A DNA stretch of 64,000 bases from Eledone cirrhosa (Eukaryota): contig OZ024744.1 of the NCBI GenBank assembly GCA_964016885.1, forward strand, positions 134,044,001 to 134,108,000, written 5' to 3'. The notes under the pieces are model-generated. The model was not told where the DNA came from, searched no databases, and worked only from the letters and a program-made list of their open reading frames with translations. How positions within the stretch are numbered: position 1 is the first letter of the stretch; every line of letters starts with the position of its first letter. Shown here piece by piece: positions 38,801 through 51,159 of this stretch. The position numbers and the translations under genes are program-made.

Positions 38801-39200
38801 GGTTAAGTTAAGTTGGGGTTAAATTAAGTTGGGGTTAAGTTAAGTTGGGGTTAAGTCAAGTTGGGGTTAAGTTAAGTTGGGGATAAGTTAAGTTGGGGAT
38901 AAGTTAAGTTGGGGTTAAGTTAAGTTGGGTTTAAGTTAAGTTGGGGTTAAGTTAAGTTGGGGTTAAGTTAAGTTGGGGTTAAGTTAAGTTGGGGTTAAGT
39001 TAAGTTGAGGTTAAGTTAAGTTGGGGCTAAGTTAAGTTGGGGCTGAGTTAAGTTGGGGTTAAGTTAAGTTGGGCTTAATTTAAGTCGGGGTCAAGTTAAG
39101 TTAGGGTTCAGTTAAGTTGGGGTTAAGTTAAGTTGGGGTTAAGTTAAGTTGGGGTTAAGTTAAGTCGGGGTTAAGTTAAGTTGGGGTTAAGTTAAGTTGG
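35870..39200 (+). repeat. Near-tandem duplication, offset 1744/1728 bp
   Basis: ATAAATT 36051/37795, TTACGT 36147/37891 and TCAGGG 36755/38499 (all 1744); TTCGGG 37039/38767 (1728). Confidence 0.85.
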
Positions 39201-42200
39201 GGTTAAGTTAAGTCGGGGTTAAGTTAAGTTGGGGTTAAGTTAAGTTGGGGTTAATTTAAGTTGGGGTTAAGTTAAGTTGGGGTTAAGTTAAGTTGGGGTT
39301 AAGTTAAGATGGGGTTAATTTAAGTTGGGGTTAAGTTAAGTTGAGGTTAAGTTAAGTTGGGGTTAAATTAAGTTGGGGTTAAGTTAAGTTGGGGTTAAGT
39401 CAAGTTGGGGTTAAGTTAAGTTGGGGATAAGTTAAGTTGGGGATAATTTAAGTTGGGTTTAAGTTAAGTTGGGGTTAAGTTAAGTTGGGGTTAAGTTAAG
39501 TTGGGGTTAAGTTAAGTTGGGGTTAATTTAAGTTGGGGCTAAGTTAAGTTGGGACTGAGTTAAGTTGGGGTTAAGTTAAGTTGGGGTTAAGTTAAGTTGG
39601 GGTTAAGTTAAGTTGGAGTTTATTTAAGTTGGGGTTAAGTTAAGTTGGGGTTCAGTTAAGTTGGGGTTAAGTTAAGTTGGGGTTGAGTTAAGTTGGGGTT
39701 GAGTTAAATTGGGGTTGAGTTAAGTTGGGGTTGAGTTAAGTTGGTGTTGAGTTAAGTTGGGGTTAAGTTAAGTTGGGGTTAAGTTAATTTGTGGTTAAGT
39801 TAAGTTGGGGTTAAGTTAAGTTGGGGTTAAGTTAAGTTGGGGTAAGTTAAGTCGGGGTTAAGTTAAGTTGGGGTTGAGTTAAGTTGGGGTTAATTTAAGT
39901 TGGGGTTAAGTTAAGTTGGGGTTAAGTTAAGTTGGGGTTAAGTTAAGTTGGGGTTAAGTTAAGTTGGGGTTAAGTTGAGTTGGGGTTAAATTAAGTTGGG
40001 GTTAAGTTAAGTTGGGGTTAAGTTAAGTTGGGGTTAAGTTAAGTTGGGGATAAGTTAAGTTGGGGATAATTTAAGTTGGGGTTAAGTTAAGTTGGGTTTA
40101 AGTTAAGTTGGGGTTAAGTTAAGTTGGGGATAAGTTAAGTTGGGGTTAAGTTAAGTTGGGGTTAATTTAAGTTGGGGTTAAGTTAAGTTGGGGTCAAGTT
40201 AAGTTGGGGTTAAGTTGGGGTTAAGTTAATTTGTGGTTAAGTTAAGTTGGGGTTAAGTTAAGTTGGGGTTAAGTTAAGTTGGGGTTAAGTTAAGTCGGGG
40301 TTAAGTTAAGTTGGGGTTAAGTTAAGTTGGGGTTAATTTAAGTTGGGGTTAATTTAAGTTGGGGTCAAGTTAAGTTGGGGTTAAGTTAAGTTAGGTTTAA
40401 GTTAAGTTGGGGTTAAGTTAAGTTGGGGTTAAGTTAAGTTGGGGTTAAGTTAAGTTGGGGTTAAGTTAATTTGTGGTTAAGTTAAGTTCGGGTTAAGTTA
40501 AGTTGGGGTTAAGTTAAGTTGGGGTTAAGTTAAGTCGGGGTTAAGTTAAGTTGGGGTTAAGTTAAGTTGGGGTTAATTTAAGTTGGGGTTAAGTTAAGTT
40601 GGGGTTAAGTTAAGTTGGGGTTAAGTTAAGTTGGGGTTAAGTCAAGTTGGGGTTAAGTTAAGTTGGGGATAAGTTAAGTTGGGGATAATTTAAGTTGGGG
40701 TTAAGTTAAGTTGGGTTTAAGTTAAGTTGGGGTTAAGTTAAGTTGGGGTTAAGTTAAGTTGGGGTTAAGTTAAGTTGGGGTTAAGTTAAGTTGGGGTTAA
40801 GTTAAGTTGGGGCTAAGTTAAGTTGGGGCTGAGTTAAGTTGGGGTTAAGTTAAGTTGGGCTTAATTTAAGTCGGGGTCAAGTTAAGTTAGGGTTCAGTTA
40901 AGTTGGGGTTAAGTTAAGTTGGGGTTAAGTTAAGTTGGGGTTAAGTTAAGTCGGGGTTAAGTTAAGTTGGGGTTAAGTTAAGTTGGGGTTAAGTTAAGTC
41001 GGGGTTAAGTTAAGTTGGGGTTAAGTTAAGTTGGGGTTAATTTAAGTTGGGGTTAAGTTAAGTTGGGGTTAAGTTAAGTTGGGGTTAAGTTAAGATGGGG
41101 TTAATTTAAGTTGGGGTTAAGTTAAGTTGAGGTTAAGTTAAGTTGGGGTTAAATTAAGTTGGGGTTAAGTTAAGTTGGGGTTAAGTCAAGTTGGGGTTAA
41201 GTTAAGTTGGGGATAAGTTAAGTTGGGGATAATTTAAGTTGGGTTTAAGTTAAGTTGGGGTTAAGTTAAGTTGGGGTTAAGTTAAGTTGGGGTTAAGTTA
41301 AGTTGGGGTTAATTTAAGTTGGGGCTAAGTTAAGTTGGGACTGAGTTAAGTTGGGGTTAAGTTAAGTTGGGGTTAAGTTAAGTTGGGGTTAAGTTAAGTT
41401 GGAGTTTATTTAAGTTGGGGTTAAGTTAAGTTGGGGTTCAGTTAAGTTGGGGTTAAGTTAAGTTGGGGTTAAGATGGGGTTAAATTAAGTTGGGGTTAAG
41501 TTAAGTTGGGGTTAATTTAAGTTGGGGTTAAGTTAAGTTGGGGTTAAGTTAAGTCGGGGTTAAGTTAAGTCGGGGTTAAGTTAAGTTAGGGTTCAGTTAA
41601 GTTGGAGTTAAGTTAAGTTGGGGTTGAGTTAAGTTGGGGTTGAGTTAAATTGGGGTTGAGTTAAGTTGGGGTTGAGTTAAGTTGGTGTTGAGTTAAGTTG
41701 GGGTTAATTTAAGTTGGGGTTAAGTTAATTTGTGGTTAAGTTAAGTTGGGGTTAAGTTAAGTTGGGGTTAAGTTAAGTTGGGGTTAAGTTAAGTCGGGGT
41801 TAAGTTAAGTTGGGGTTGAGTTAAGTTGGGGTTAATTTAAGTTGGGGTTAAGTTAAGTTGGGGTTAAGTTAAGTTGGGGTTAAGTTAAGTTGGGGTTAAG
41901 TTAAGTTGGGGTTAAGTTAAGTTGGGGTTAAGTTAAGTTGGGGTTAAATTAAGTTGGGGTTAAGTTAAGTTGGGGTTAAGTTAAGTTGGGGTTAAGTTAA
42001 GTTGGGGATAAGTTAAGTTGGGGATAATTTAAGTTGGGGTTAAGTTAAGTTGGGTTTAAGTTAAGTTGGGGTTAAGTTAAGTTGGGGATAAGTTAAGTTG
42101 GGGTTAAGTTAAGTTGGGGTTAAGTTAAGTGGGGTTAAGTTAAGTTGGGGCTAAGTTAAGTTGGGGCTGAGTTAAGTTGGGGTTAAGTTAAGTTGGGGTT

Positions 42201-44059
42201 AAGTTAAGTTGGGGTTAATTTAAGTTGGGGTTTATTTAAGTTGGGGTTACGTTAAGTTGGTGTTAAGTTAAGTTGGGGTTAATTTAAGTTGGGGTTAATT
42301 AAGTTGGGGTTAAGTTAAGTTGGGGTTAAGTTAAGTTGGGGTTAATTTAAGTTGGGGTTGAGTTAAGTTGGGGTTAAGTTAAGTTGGGGTTATATTAAGT
42401 TGGGGTTAAGTTAAGTTGGGGTTCAGTTAAGTTGGGTATAAGTTAAGTTGGGGTTAAGTTAAGTTGGGGTTAAGTTAAGTTGGGGTTAAGTTAAGTTGGT
42501 GTTAAGTTAAGTTGGGGCTAAGTTAAGTTGGGGCTGAGTTAAGTTGGGGCTGAGTTAAGTTGGGGTTAAGTTAAGTTGGGGTCAAGTTAAGTTGGGGTTA
42601 AGTTGGGGTTAAGTTAAGTTAGGTTTACGTTAAGATGGGGTTAAGTTAAGTTGGGGTTAAGTTAAGTTGGGGTTAAGTTAATTTGTGGTTAAGTTAAGTT
42701 GGGGTTAAGTTAAGTTGGGGTTAAGTTAAGTTGGGGTTAAGTTAAGTCGGGGTTAAGTTAAGTTGGGGTTAATTTAAGTTGGGGTTAATTTAAGTTGGGG
42801 TTAAGTTAAGTTGGGCTCAAGTTAAGTTGGGGTTAAGTTGGGGTTAAGTTAAGTTAGGTTTAAGTTAAGTTGGGGTTAAGTTAAGTTGGGGTTAAGTTAA
42901 GTTGGCGTTAAGTTAAGTTGGGGTTAATTTAAGTTGGGGTTAAGTTAATTTGTGGTTAAGTTAAGTTGGGGTTAAGTTAAGTTGGGGTTAAGTTAAGTTG
43001 GGGTTAAGTTAAGTCGGGGTTAAGTTAAGTTGGGGTTAAGTTAAGTTGGGGTTAATTTAAGTTGGGGTTAAGTTAAGTTGGGGTTAAGTTAAGTTGGGGT
43101 TAAATTAAGTTGGGGTTAAGTTAAGTTGGGGTTAAGTCAAGTTGGGGTTAAGTTAAGTTGGGGATAAGTTAAGTTGGGGATAATTTAAGTTGGGGTTAAG
43201 TTAAGTTGGGTTTAAGTTAAGTTGGGGTTAAGTTAAGTTGGGGTTAAGTTAAGTTGGGGTTAAGTTAAGTTGGGGTTAAGTTAAGTTGGGGCTAAGTTAA
43301 GTTGGGGCTGAGTTAAGTTGGGGTTAAGTTAAGTTGGGCTTAATTTAAGTCGGGGTTAAGTTAAGTTAGGGTTCAGTTAAGTTGGGGTTAAGTTAAGTTG
43401 GGGTTAAGTTAAGTTGGGGTTAAGTTAAGTCGGGGTTAAGTTAAGTTGGGGTTAAGTTAAGTTGGGGTTAAGTTAAGTCGGGGTTAAGTTAAGTTGGGGT
43501 TAAGTTAAGTTGGGGTTAATTTAAGTTGGGGTTAAGTTAAGTTGGGGTTAAGTTAAGTTGGGGTTAAGTTAAGATGGGGTTAATTTAAGTTGGGGTTAAG
43601 TTAAGTTGAGGTTAAGTTAAGTTGGGGTTAAATTAAGTTGGGGTTAAGTTAAGTTGGGGTTAAGTCAAGTTGGGGTTAAGTTAAGTTGGGGTTAAGTTAA
43701 GTTGGGGATAAGTTAAGTTGGGGATAATTTAAGTTGGGTTTAAGTTAAGTTGGGGTTAAGTTAAGTTGGGGTTAAGTTAAATTGGGGTTAAGTTAAGTTG
43801 GGGTTAATTTAAGTTGGGGCTAAGTTAAGTTGGGACTGAGTTAAGTTGGGGTTAAGTTAAGTTGGGGTTAAGTTAAGTTGGGGTTAAGTTAAGTTGGGGT
43901 TAAGATGGGGTTAAATTAAGTTGGGGTTAAGTTAAGTCGGGGTTAAGTTAAGTCGGGGTTAAGTTAAGTTAGGGTTCAGTTAAGTTGGGGTTAAGTTAAG
44001 TTGGGGTTGAGTTAAGTTGGGGTTGAGTTAAATTGGGGTTGAGTTAAGTTGGGGTTGAG

Positions 44060-44630
44060 TTAAGTTGGTTTTGAGTTAAGTCGGGGTTAAGTTAAGTTGG
44101 GGTTAAGTTAAGTTGCAGTTAAGTTAAGTTGAGGTTAAGTTAAGGTGCGGTTAAGTTAAGTTGGGGTTAAGTTAAGTTGGGGCTAAGTTAAGTTGGGGCT
44201 AAGTTAAGTTGGGGCTAAGTTAAGTTGGGGTTAAGTTAAGTTGGGGTTAAGTTAAGTCGGGGTTAAGTTAAGTTGGGGTTAAGTTAAGTTGAGGTTAATT
44301 TAATTTGGGGTTAAGTTAAGTTGGGGTTAAGTTAAGTTGGGGTTAAGTTAAGTTGGGGTTAAGTTAAGTTGGGTTTAAGTTAAGTTGGGGTTAAGTTAAG
44401 TTGGGGTCAAGTTAAGTTGGGGTTAAGTTAAGTTGGGGTTGAGTTAAGTTGGGGTTGAGTTAAATTGGCGTTGAGTTAAGTTGGGGTTCAGTTAAGTTGG
44501 TGTTGAGTTAAGTTGGGGTTAAGTTAAGTTGGGGTTAAGTTAAGTTGCAGTTAAGTTAAGTTGAGGTTAAGTTAAGGTGGGGTTAAGTTAAGTCGGGGTT
44601 AAGTTAAGTTGTGGTTGAGTTAAGTTGGGG
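44060..44630 (+). repeat. Divergent monomer block, copy 2
   Basis: TTGCAG at 44113 and 44545 (432 bp apart), with the same flanking variants as 26670-27240. Confidence 0.85.
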
Positions 44631-45504
44631 TTAATTTAAGTTGGGGCTAAGTTAATTTGTGGTTAAGTTAAGTTGGGGTTAAGTTAAGTTGGGGTTAAGT
44701 TAAGTTGGGGTTGAGTTAAGTTGGGGTTGAGTTAATTTGGGGTTAAGTTAAGTTGGGGTTAAGTTAAGTTGGGTTTAAGTTAAGTTGGGGTTAAATTAAG
44801 TTGGGGTTAAATTAAGTTGGGGTTAAGTTAAGTTGGGGGTAAGTTAAGTTGGGGGCAAGTTAAGTTGGGGTTAATTTAAGTTGGGGTTAAATTAAGTTGG
44901 GATTACGTTAAGTTGGTGTTAAGTTAAGTTGGGGTTAATTTAAGTTGGGGTTAATTAAGTTGGGGTTAAGTTAAGTTGGGGTTAAGTTAAGTTGGGGTTA
45001 AGTTAAGTTGGGGTTAAGTTAAGTTGAGGTTAAGTTAAGTTGGGGTTAAATTAAGTTGGGGGTAAGTTAAGTTGGGGTTAAGTTAAGTTGGGGTTAAGTT
45101 AAGTTGGGGTTAAGTTAAGTTGGGGTTCAGTTAAGTTGGTGTTAAGTTAAGTTGGGGCTAAGTTAAGTTGGGGCTGAGTTAAGTTGGGGCTGAGTTAAGT
45201 TGGGGTTAAGTTAAGTTGGGGTTTAGTTAAGTTGGGGTTAAGTTAAGTTGGGGTCAAGTTAAGTTGGGGTTAAGTTGGGGTTAAGTTAAGTTAGGTTTAA
45301 GTTAAGTTGGGGTTAAGTTAAGTTGGGGTTAAGTTAAGTTGGGGTTAAGTTAAGTTGGGGTTAAGTTAAGTTGGGGTTAAGTTAATTTGTGGTTAAGTTA
45401 AGTTGGGGTTAAGTTAAGTTGGGGTTAAGTTAAGTTGGGGTTAAGTTAAGTCGGGGTTAAGTTAAGTTGGGGTTAAGTTAAGTTGGGGTTAATTTAAGTT
45501 GGGG

Positions 45505-48500
45505 TTAAGTTAAGTTGGGGTTAAGTTAAGTTGGGGTTAAGTTAAGTTGGGGTTAAGTTAAGTTGAGGTTAAGTTAAGTTGGGGTTAAATTAAGTTGGGG
45601 TTAAGTTAAGTTGAGGTTAAGTTAAGTTGGGGTTAAGTTAAGTTAGGGATAAGTTAAGTTGGGGATAATTTAAGTTGGGGTTAAGTTAAGTTGGGTTTAA
45701 GTTAAGTTGGGGATAAGTTAAGTTGGGGATAAGTTAAGTTGGGGTTAAGTTAAGTTGGGGTTAAGTTAAGTTGGGGTTAAGTTAAGTTGGGGTTAATTTA
45801 CGTTGGGGTTGAGTTAAGTTGGGGTTAAGTTAAGTTGGGGTTATATTAAGTTGGGGTTAAGTTAAGTTGGGGTTCAGTTAAGTTGGGGATAAGTTAAGTT
45901 GGGGTTAAGTTAAGTTGGGGTTAAGTTAAGTTGGGGTTAAGTTAAGTTGGGGTTAAGTTAAGTTGGTGTTAAGTTAAGTTGGGGCTAATTTAAGTTGGGG
46001 CTGAGTTAAGTTGGGGCTGAGTTAAGTTGGGGTTAAGTTAAGTTAGGTTTAAGTTAAGTTGGGGTTAAGTTAAGTTGGGGTTAAGTTAAGTTGGGGTTAA
46101 GTTAAGTTGGGGTTAAGTTAAGTTGGGGTTAAGTTAAGTTGGGGTTAAGTTAAGTTGGGGCTAAGTTAAGTTGGGGCTGAGTTAAGTTGGGGCTGAGTTA
46201 AGTTGGGGTTAAGTTAAGTTGGGGTTGAGTTAAGTTGGGGTTAAGTTAAGTTGGGGTCAAGTTAAGTTGGGGTTAAGTTGGGGTTAAGTTAAGTTAGGTT
46301 TAAGTTAAGTTGGGGTTAAGTTAAGTTGGGGTTAAGTTAAGTTGGGGTTAAGTTAAGTTGGGGTTAAGTTAAGTTGGGGTTAAGTTAATTTGTGGTTAAG
46401 TTAAGTTGGGGTTAAGTTAAGTTGGGGATAAGTTAAGTTGGGGTTAAGTTAAGTTGGGGTTAATTTAAGTTGGGGTTAAGTTAAGTTGGGGTCAAGTTAA
46501 GTTGGGGTTAAGTTGGGGTTAAGTTAATTTGTGGTTAAGTTAAGTTGGGGTTAAGTTAAGTTGGGGTTAAGTTAAGTTGGGGTTAAGTTAAGTCGGGGTT
46601 AAGTTAAGTTGGGGTTAAGTTAAGTTGGGGTTAATTTAAGTTGGGGTTAAGTTAAGTTGGGGTCAAGTTAAGTTGGGGTTAAGTTGGGGTTAAGTTAAGT
46701 TAGGTTTAAGTTAAGTTGGGGTTAAGTTAAGTTGGGGTTAAGTTAAGTTGGGGTTAAGTTAAGTTGGGGTTAAGTTAAGTTGGGGTTAAGTTAAGTTGGG
46801 GTTAAGTCAAGTTGGGGTTAAGTTAAGTTGGGGATAAGTTAAGTTGGGGATAATTTAAGTTGGGGTTAAGTTAAGTTGGGTTTAAGTTAAGTTGGGGTTA
46901 AGTTAAGTTGGGGTTAAGTTAAGTTGGGGTTAAGTTAAGTTGGGGTTAAGTTAAGTTGGGGTTAAGTTAAGTTGGGGCTAAGTTAAGTTGGGGCTGAGTT
47001 AAGTTGGGGTTAAGTTAAGTTGGGCTTAATTTAAGTCGGGGTCAAGTTAAGTTAGGGTTCAGTTAAGTTGGGGTTAAGTTAAGTTGGGGTTAAGTTATGT
47101 TGGGGTTAAGTTAAGTCGGGGTTAAGTTAAGTTGGGGTTAAGTTAAGTTGGGGTTAAGTTAAGTCGGGGTTAAGTTAAGTTGGGGTTAAGTTAAGTTGGG
47201 GTTAATTTAAGTTGGGGTTAAGTTAAGTTGGGGTTAAGTTAAGTTGGGGTTAAGTTAAAATGGGGTTAATTTAAGTTGGGGTTAAGTTAAGTTGAGGTTA
47301 AGTTAAGTTGGGGTTAAATTAAGTTGGGGTTAAGTTAAGTTGGGGTTAAGTCAAGTTGGGGTTAAGTTAAGTTGGGGATAAGTTAAGTTGGGGATAATTT
47401 AAGTTGGGTTTAAGTTAAGTTGCGGTTAAGTTAAGTTGGGGTTAAGTTAAGTTGGGGTTAAGTTAAGTTGGGGCTAAGTTAAGTTGGGACTGAGTTAAGT
47501 TGGGGTTAAGTTAAGTTGGGGTTAAGTTAAGTTGGGGTTAAGTTAAGTTGGAGTTTATTTAAGTTGGGGTTAAGTTAAGTTGGGGTTAAGTTAAGTTGGG
47601 GTTAAGTTAAGTCGGGGTTAAGTTAAGTCGGGGTTAAGTTAAGTTAGGGTTCAGTTAAGTTGGGGTTAAGTTAAGTTGGGGTTGAGTTAAGTTGGGGTTG
47701 AGTTAAATTGGGGTTGAGTTAAGTTGGGGTTGAGTTAAGTTGGTGTTGAGTTAAGTTGGGGTTAAGTTAAGTTGGGGTTAAGTTAATTTGTGGTTAAGTT
47801 AAGTTGGGGTTAAGTTAAGTTGGGGTTAAGTTAAGTTGGGGTTAAGTTAAGTCGGGGTTAAGTTAAGTTGGGGTTGAGTTAAGTTGGGGTTAATTTAAGT
47901 TGGGGTTAAGTTAAGTTGGGGTTAAGTTAAGTTGGGGTTAAGTTAAGTTGGGGTTAAGTTAAGTTGGGGTTAAGTTAAGTTGAGGTTAAGTTAAGTTGGG
48001 GTTAAATTAAGTTGGGGTTAAGTTAAGTTGAGGTTAAGTTAAGTTGGGGTTAAGTTAAGTTAGGGATAAGTTAAGTTGGGGATAATTTAAGTTGGGGTTA
48101 AGTTAAGTTGTGTTTAAGTTAAGTTGGGGATAAGTTAAGTTGGGGATAAGTTAAGTTGGGGTTAAGTTAAGTTGGGGTTAAGTTAAGTTGGGGTTAAGTT
48201 AAGTTGGGGTTAATTTACGTTGGGGTTGAGTTAAGTTGGGGTTAAGTTAAGTTGGGGTTATATTAAGTTGGGGTTAAGTTAAGTTGGGGTTCAGTTAAGT
48301 TGGGGATAAGTTAAGTTGGGGTTAAGTTAAGTTGGGGTTAAGTTAAGTTGGGGTTAAGTTAAGTTGGGGTTAAGTTAAGTTGGTGTTAAGTTAAGTTGGG
48401 GCTAATTTAAGTTGGGGCTGAGTTAAGTTGGGGCTGAGTTAAGTTGGGGTTAAGTTAAGTTAGGTTTAAGTTAAGTTGGGGTTAAGTTAAGTTGGGGTTA

Positions 48501-50445
48501 AGTTAAGTTGGGGTTAAGTTAAGTTGGGGTTAAGTTAAGTTGGGGTTAAGTTAAGTTGGGGTTAAGTTAAGTTGGGGCTAAGTTAAGTTGGGGCTGAGTT
48601 AAGTTGGGGCTGAGTTAAGTTGGGGTTAAGTTAAGTTGGGGTTGAGTTAAGTTGGGGTTAAGTTAAGTTGGGGTCAAGTTAAGTTGGGGTTAAGTTGGGG
48701 TTAAGTTAAGTTAGGTTTAAGTTAAGTTGGGGTTAAGTTAAGTTGGGGTTAAGTTAAGTTGGGGTTAAGTTAAGTTGGGGTTAAGTTAAGTTGGGGTTAA
48801 GTTAATTTGTGGTTAAGTTAAGTTGGGGTTAAGTTAAGTTGGGGATAAGTTAAGTTGGGGTTAAGTTAAGTTGGGGTTAATTTAAGTTGGGGTTAAGTTA
48901 AGTTGGGGTCAAGTTAAGTTGGGGTTAAGTTGGGGTTAAGTTAATTTGTGGTTAAGTTAAGTTGGGGTTAAGTTAAGTTGGGGTTAAGTTAAGTTGGGGT
49001 TAAGTTAAGTCGGGGTTAAGTTAAGTTGGGGTTAAGTTAAGTTGGGGTTAATTTAAGTTGGGGTTAAGTTAAGTTGGGGTCAAGTTAAGTTGGGGTTAAG
49101 TTGGGGTTAAGTTAAGTTAGGTTTAAGTTAAGTTGGGGTTAAGTTAAGTTGGGGTTAAGTTAAGTTGGGGTTAAGTTAAGTTGGGGTTAAGTTAAGTTGG
49201 GGTTAAGTTAAGTTGGGGTTAAGTCAAGTTGGGGTTAAGTTAAGTTGGGGATAAGTTAAGTTGGGGATAATTTAAGTTGGGGTTAAGTTAAGTTGGGTTT
49301 AAGTTAAGTTGGGGTTAAGTTAAGTTGGGGTTAAGTTAAGTTGGGGTTAAGTTAAGTTGGGGTTAAGTTAAGTTGGGGTTAAGTTAAGTTGGGGCTAAGT
49401 TAAGTTGGGGCTGAGTTAAGTTGGGGTTAAGTTAAGTTGGGCTTAATTTAAGTCGGGGTCAAGTTAAGTTAGGGTTCAGTTAAGTTGGGGTTAAGTTAAG
49501 TTGGGGTTAAGTTATGTTGGGGTTAAGTTAAGTCGGGGTTAAGTTAAGTTGGGGTTAAGTTAAGTTGGGGTTAAGTTAAGTCGGGGTTAAGTTAAGTTGG
49601 GGTTAAGTTAAGTTGGGGTTAATTTAAGTTGGGGTTAAGTTAAGTTGGGGTTAAGTTAAGTTGGGGTTAAGTTAAAATGGGGTTAATTTAAGTTGGGGTT
49701 AAGTTAAGTTGAGGTTAAGTTAAGTTGGGGTTAAATTAAGTTGGGGTTAAGTTAAGTTGGGGTTAAGTCAAGTTGGGGTTAAGTTAAGTTGGGGATAAGT
49801 TAAGTTGGGGATAATTTAAGTTGGGTTTAAGTTAAGTTGCGGTTAAGTTAAGTTGGGGTTAAGTTAAGTTGGGGTTAAGTTAAGTTGGGGCTAAGTTAAG
49901 TTGGGACTGAGTTAAGTTGGGGTTAAGTTAAGTTGGGGTTAAGTTAAGTTGGGGTTAAGTTAAGTTGGAGTTTATTTAAGTTGGGGTTAAGTTAAGTTGG
50001 GGTTAAGTTAAGTTGGGGTTAAGTTAAGTCGGGGTTAAGTTAAGTCGGGGTTAAGTTAAGTTAGGGTTCAGTTAAGTTGGGGTTAAGTTAAGTTGGGGTT
50101 GAGTTAAGTTGGGGTTGAGTTAAATTGGGGTTGAGTTAAGTTGGGGTTGAGTTAAGTTGGTGTTGAGTTAAGTTGGGGTTAAGTTAAGTTGGGGTTAAGT
50201 TAATTTGTGGTTAAGTTAAGTTGGGGTTAAGTTAAGTTGGGGTTAAGTTAAGTTGGGGTTAAGTTAAGTCGGGGTTAAGTTAAGTTGGGGTTGAGTTAAG
50301 TTGGGGTTAATTTAAGTTGGGGTTAAGTTAAGTTGGGGTTAAGTTAAGTTGGGGTTAAGTTAAGTTGGGGTTAAGTTAAGTTGGGGTTAAGTTAAGTTGA
50401 GGTTAAGTTAAGTTGGGGTTAAATTAAGTTGGGGTTAAGTTAAGT
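45505..50445 (+). repeat. Near-perfect tandem duplication, period 2417 bp (about 2 copies)
   Basis: Rare variants at exactly 2417 bp: TTAGGGATA 45645/48062, TTTACGTTGG 45801/48218, TTATG 47095/49512, AAAATGG 47257/49674, TTGCGG 47423/49840. 2417 = 149x16 + 3x11. Confidence 0.92.
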
Positions 50446-51159
50446 TGGGGTTAAGTTAAGTTGGGGTTAAGTTAAGTTGGGGATAAGTTAAGTTGGGGAT
50501 AATTTAAGTTGGGGTTAAGTTAAGTTGGGTTTAAGTTAAGTTGGGGTTAAGTTAAGTTGGGGATAAGTTAAGTTGGGGTTAAGTTAAGTTGGGGTTAAGT
50601 TAAGTTGGGGTTAAGTTAAGTTGGGGCTAAGTTAAGTTGGGGCTGAGTTAAGTTGGGGTTAAGTTAAGTTGGGGTTAAGTTAAGTTGGGGTTAATTTAAG
50701 TTGGGGTTTATTTAAGTTGGGGTTACGTTAAGTTGGTGTTAAGTTAAGTTGGGGTTAATTTAAGTTGGGGTTAATTAAGTTGGGGTTAAGTTTAGTTGGG
50801 GTTAAGTTAAGTTGGGGTTAATTTAAGTTGGGGTTGAGTTAAGTTGGGGTTAAGTTAAGTTGGGGTTATATTAAGTTGGGGTTAAGTTAAGTTGGGGTTC
50901 AGTTAAGTTGGGTATAAGTTAAGTTGGGGTTAAGTTAAGTTGGGGTTAAGTTAAGTTGGGGTTAAGTTAAGTTGGTGTTAAGTTAAGTTGGGGCTAAGTT
51001 AAGTTGGGGCTGAGTTAAGTTGGGGCTGAGTTAAGTTGGGGTTAAGTTAAGTTGGGGTCAAGTTAAGTTGGGGTTAAGTTGGGGTTAAGTTAAGTTAGGT
51101 TTAAGTTAAGATGGGGTTAAGTTAAGTTGGGGTTAAGTTAAGTTGGGGTTAATTTAAGT

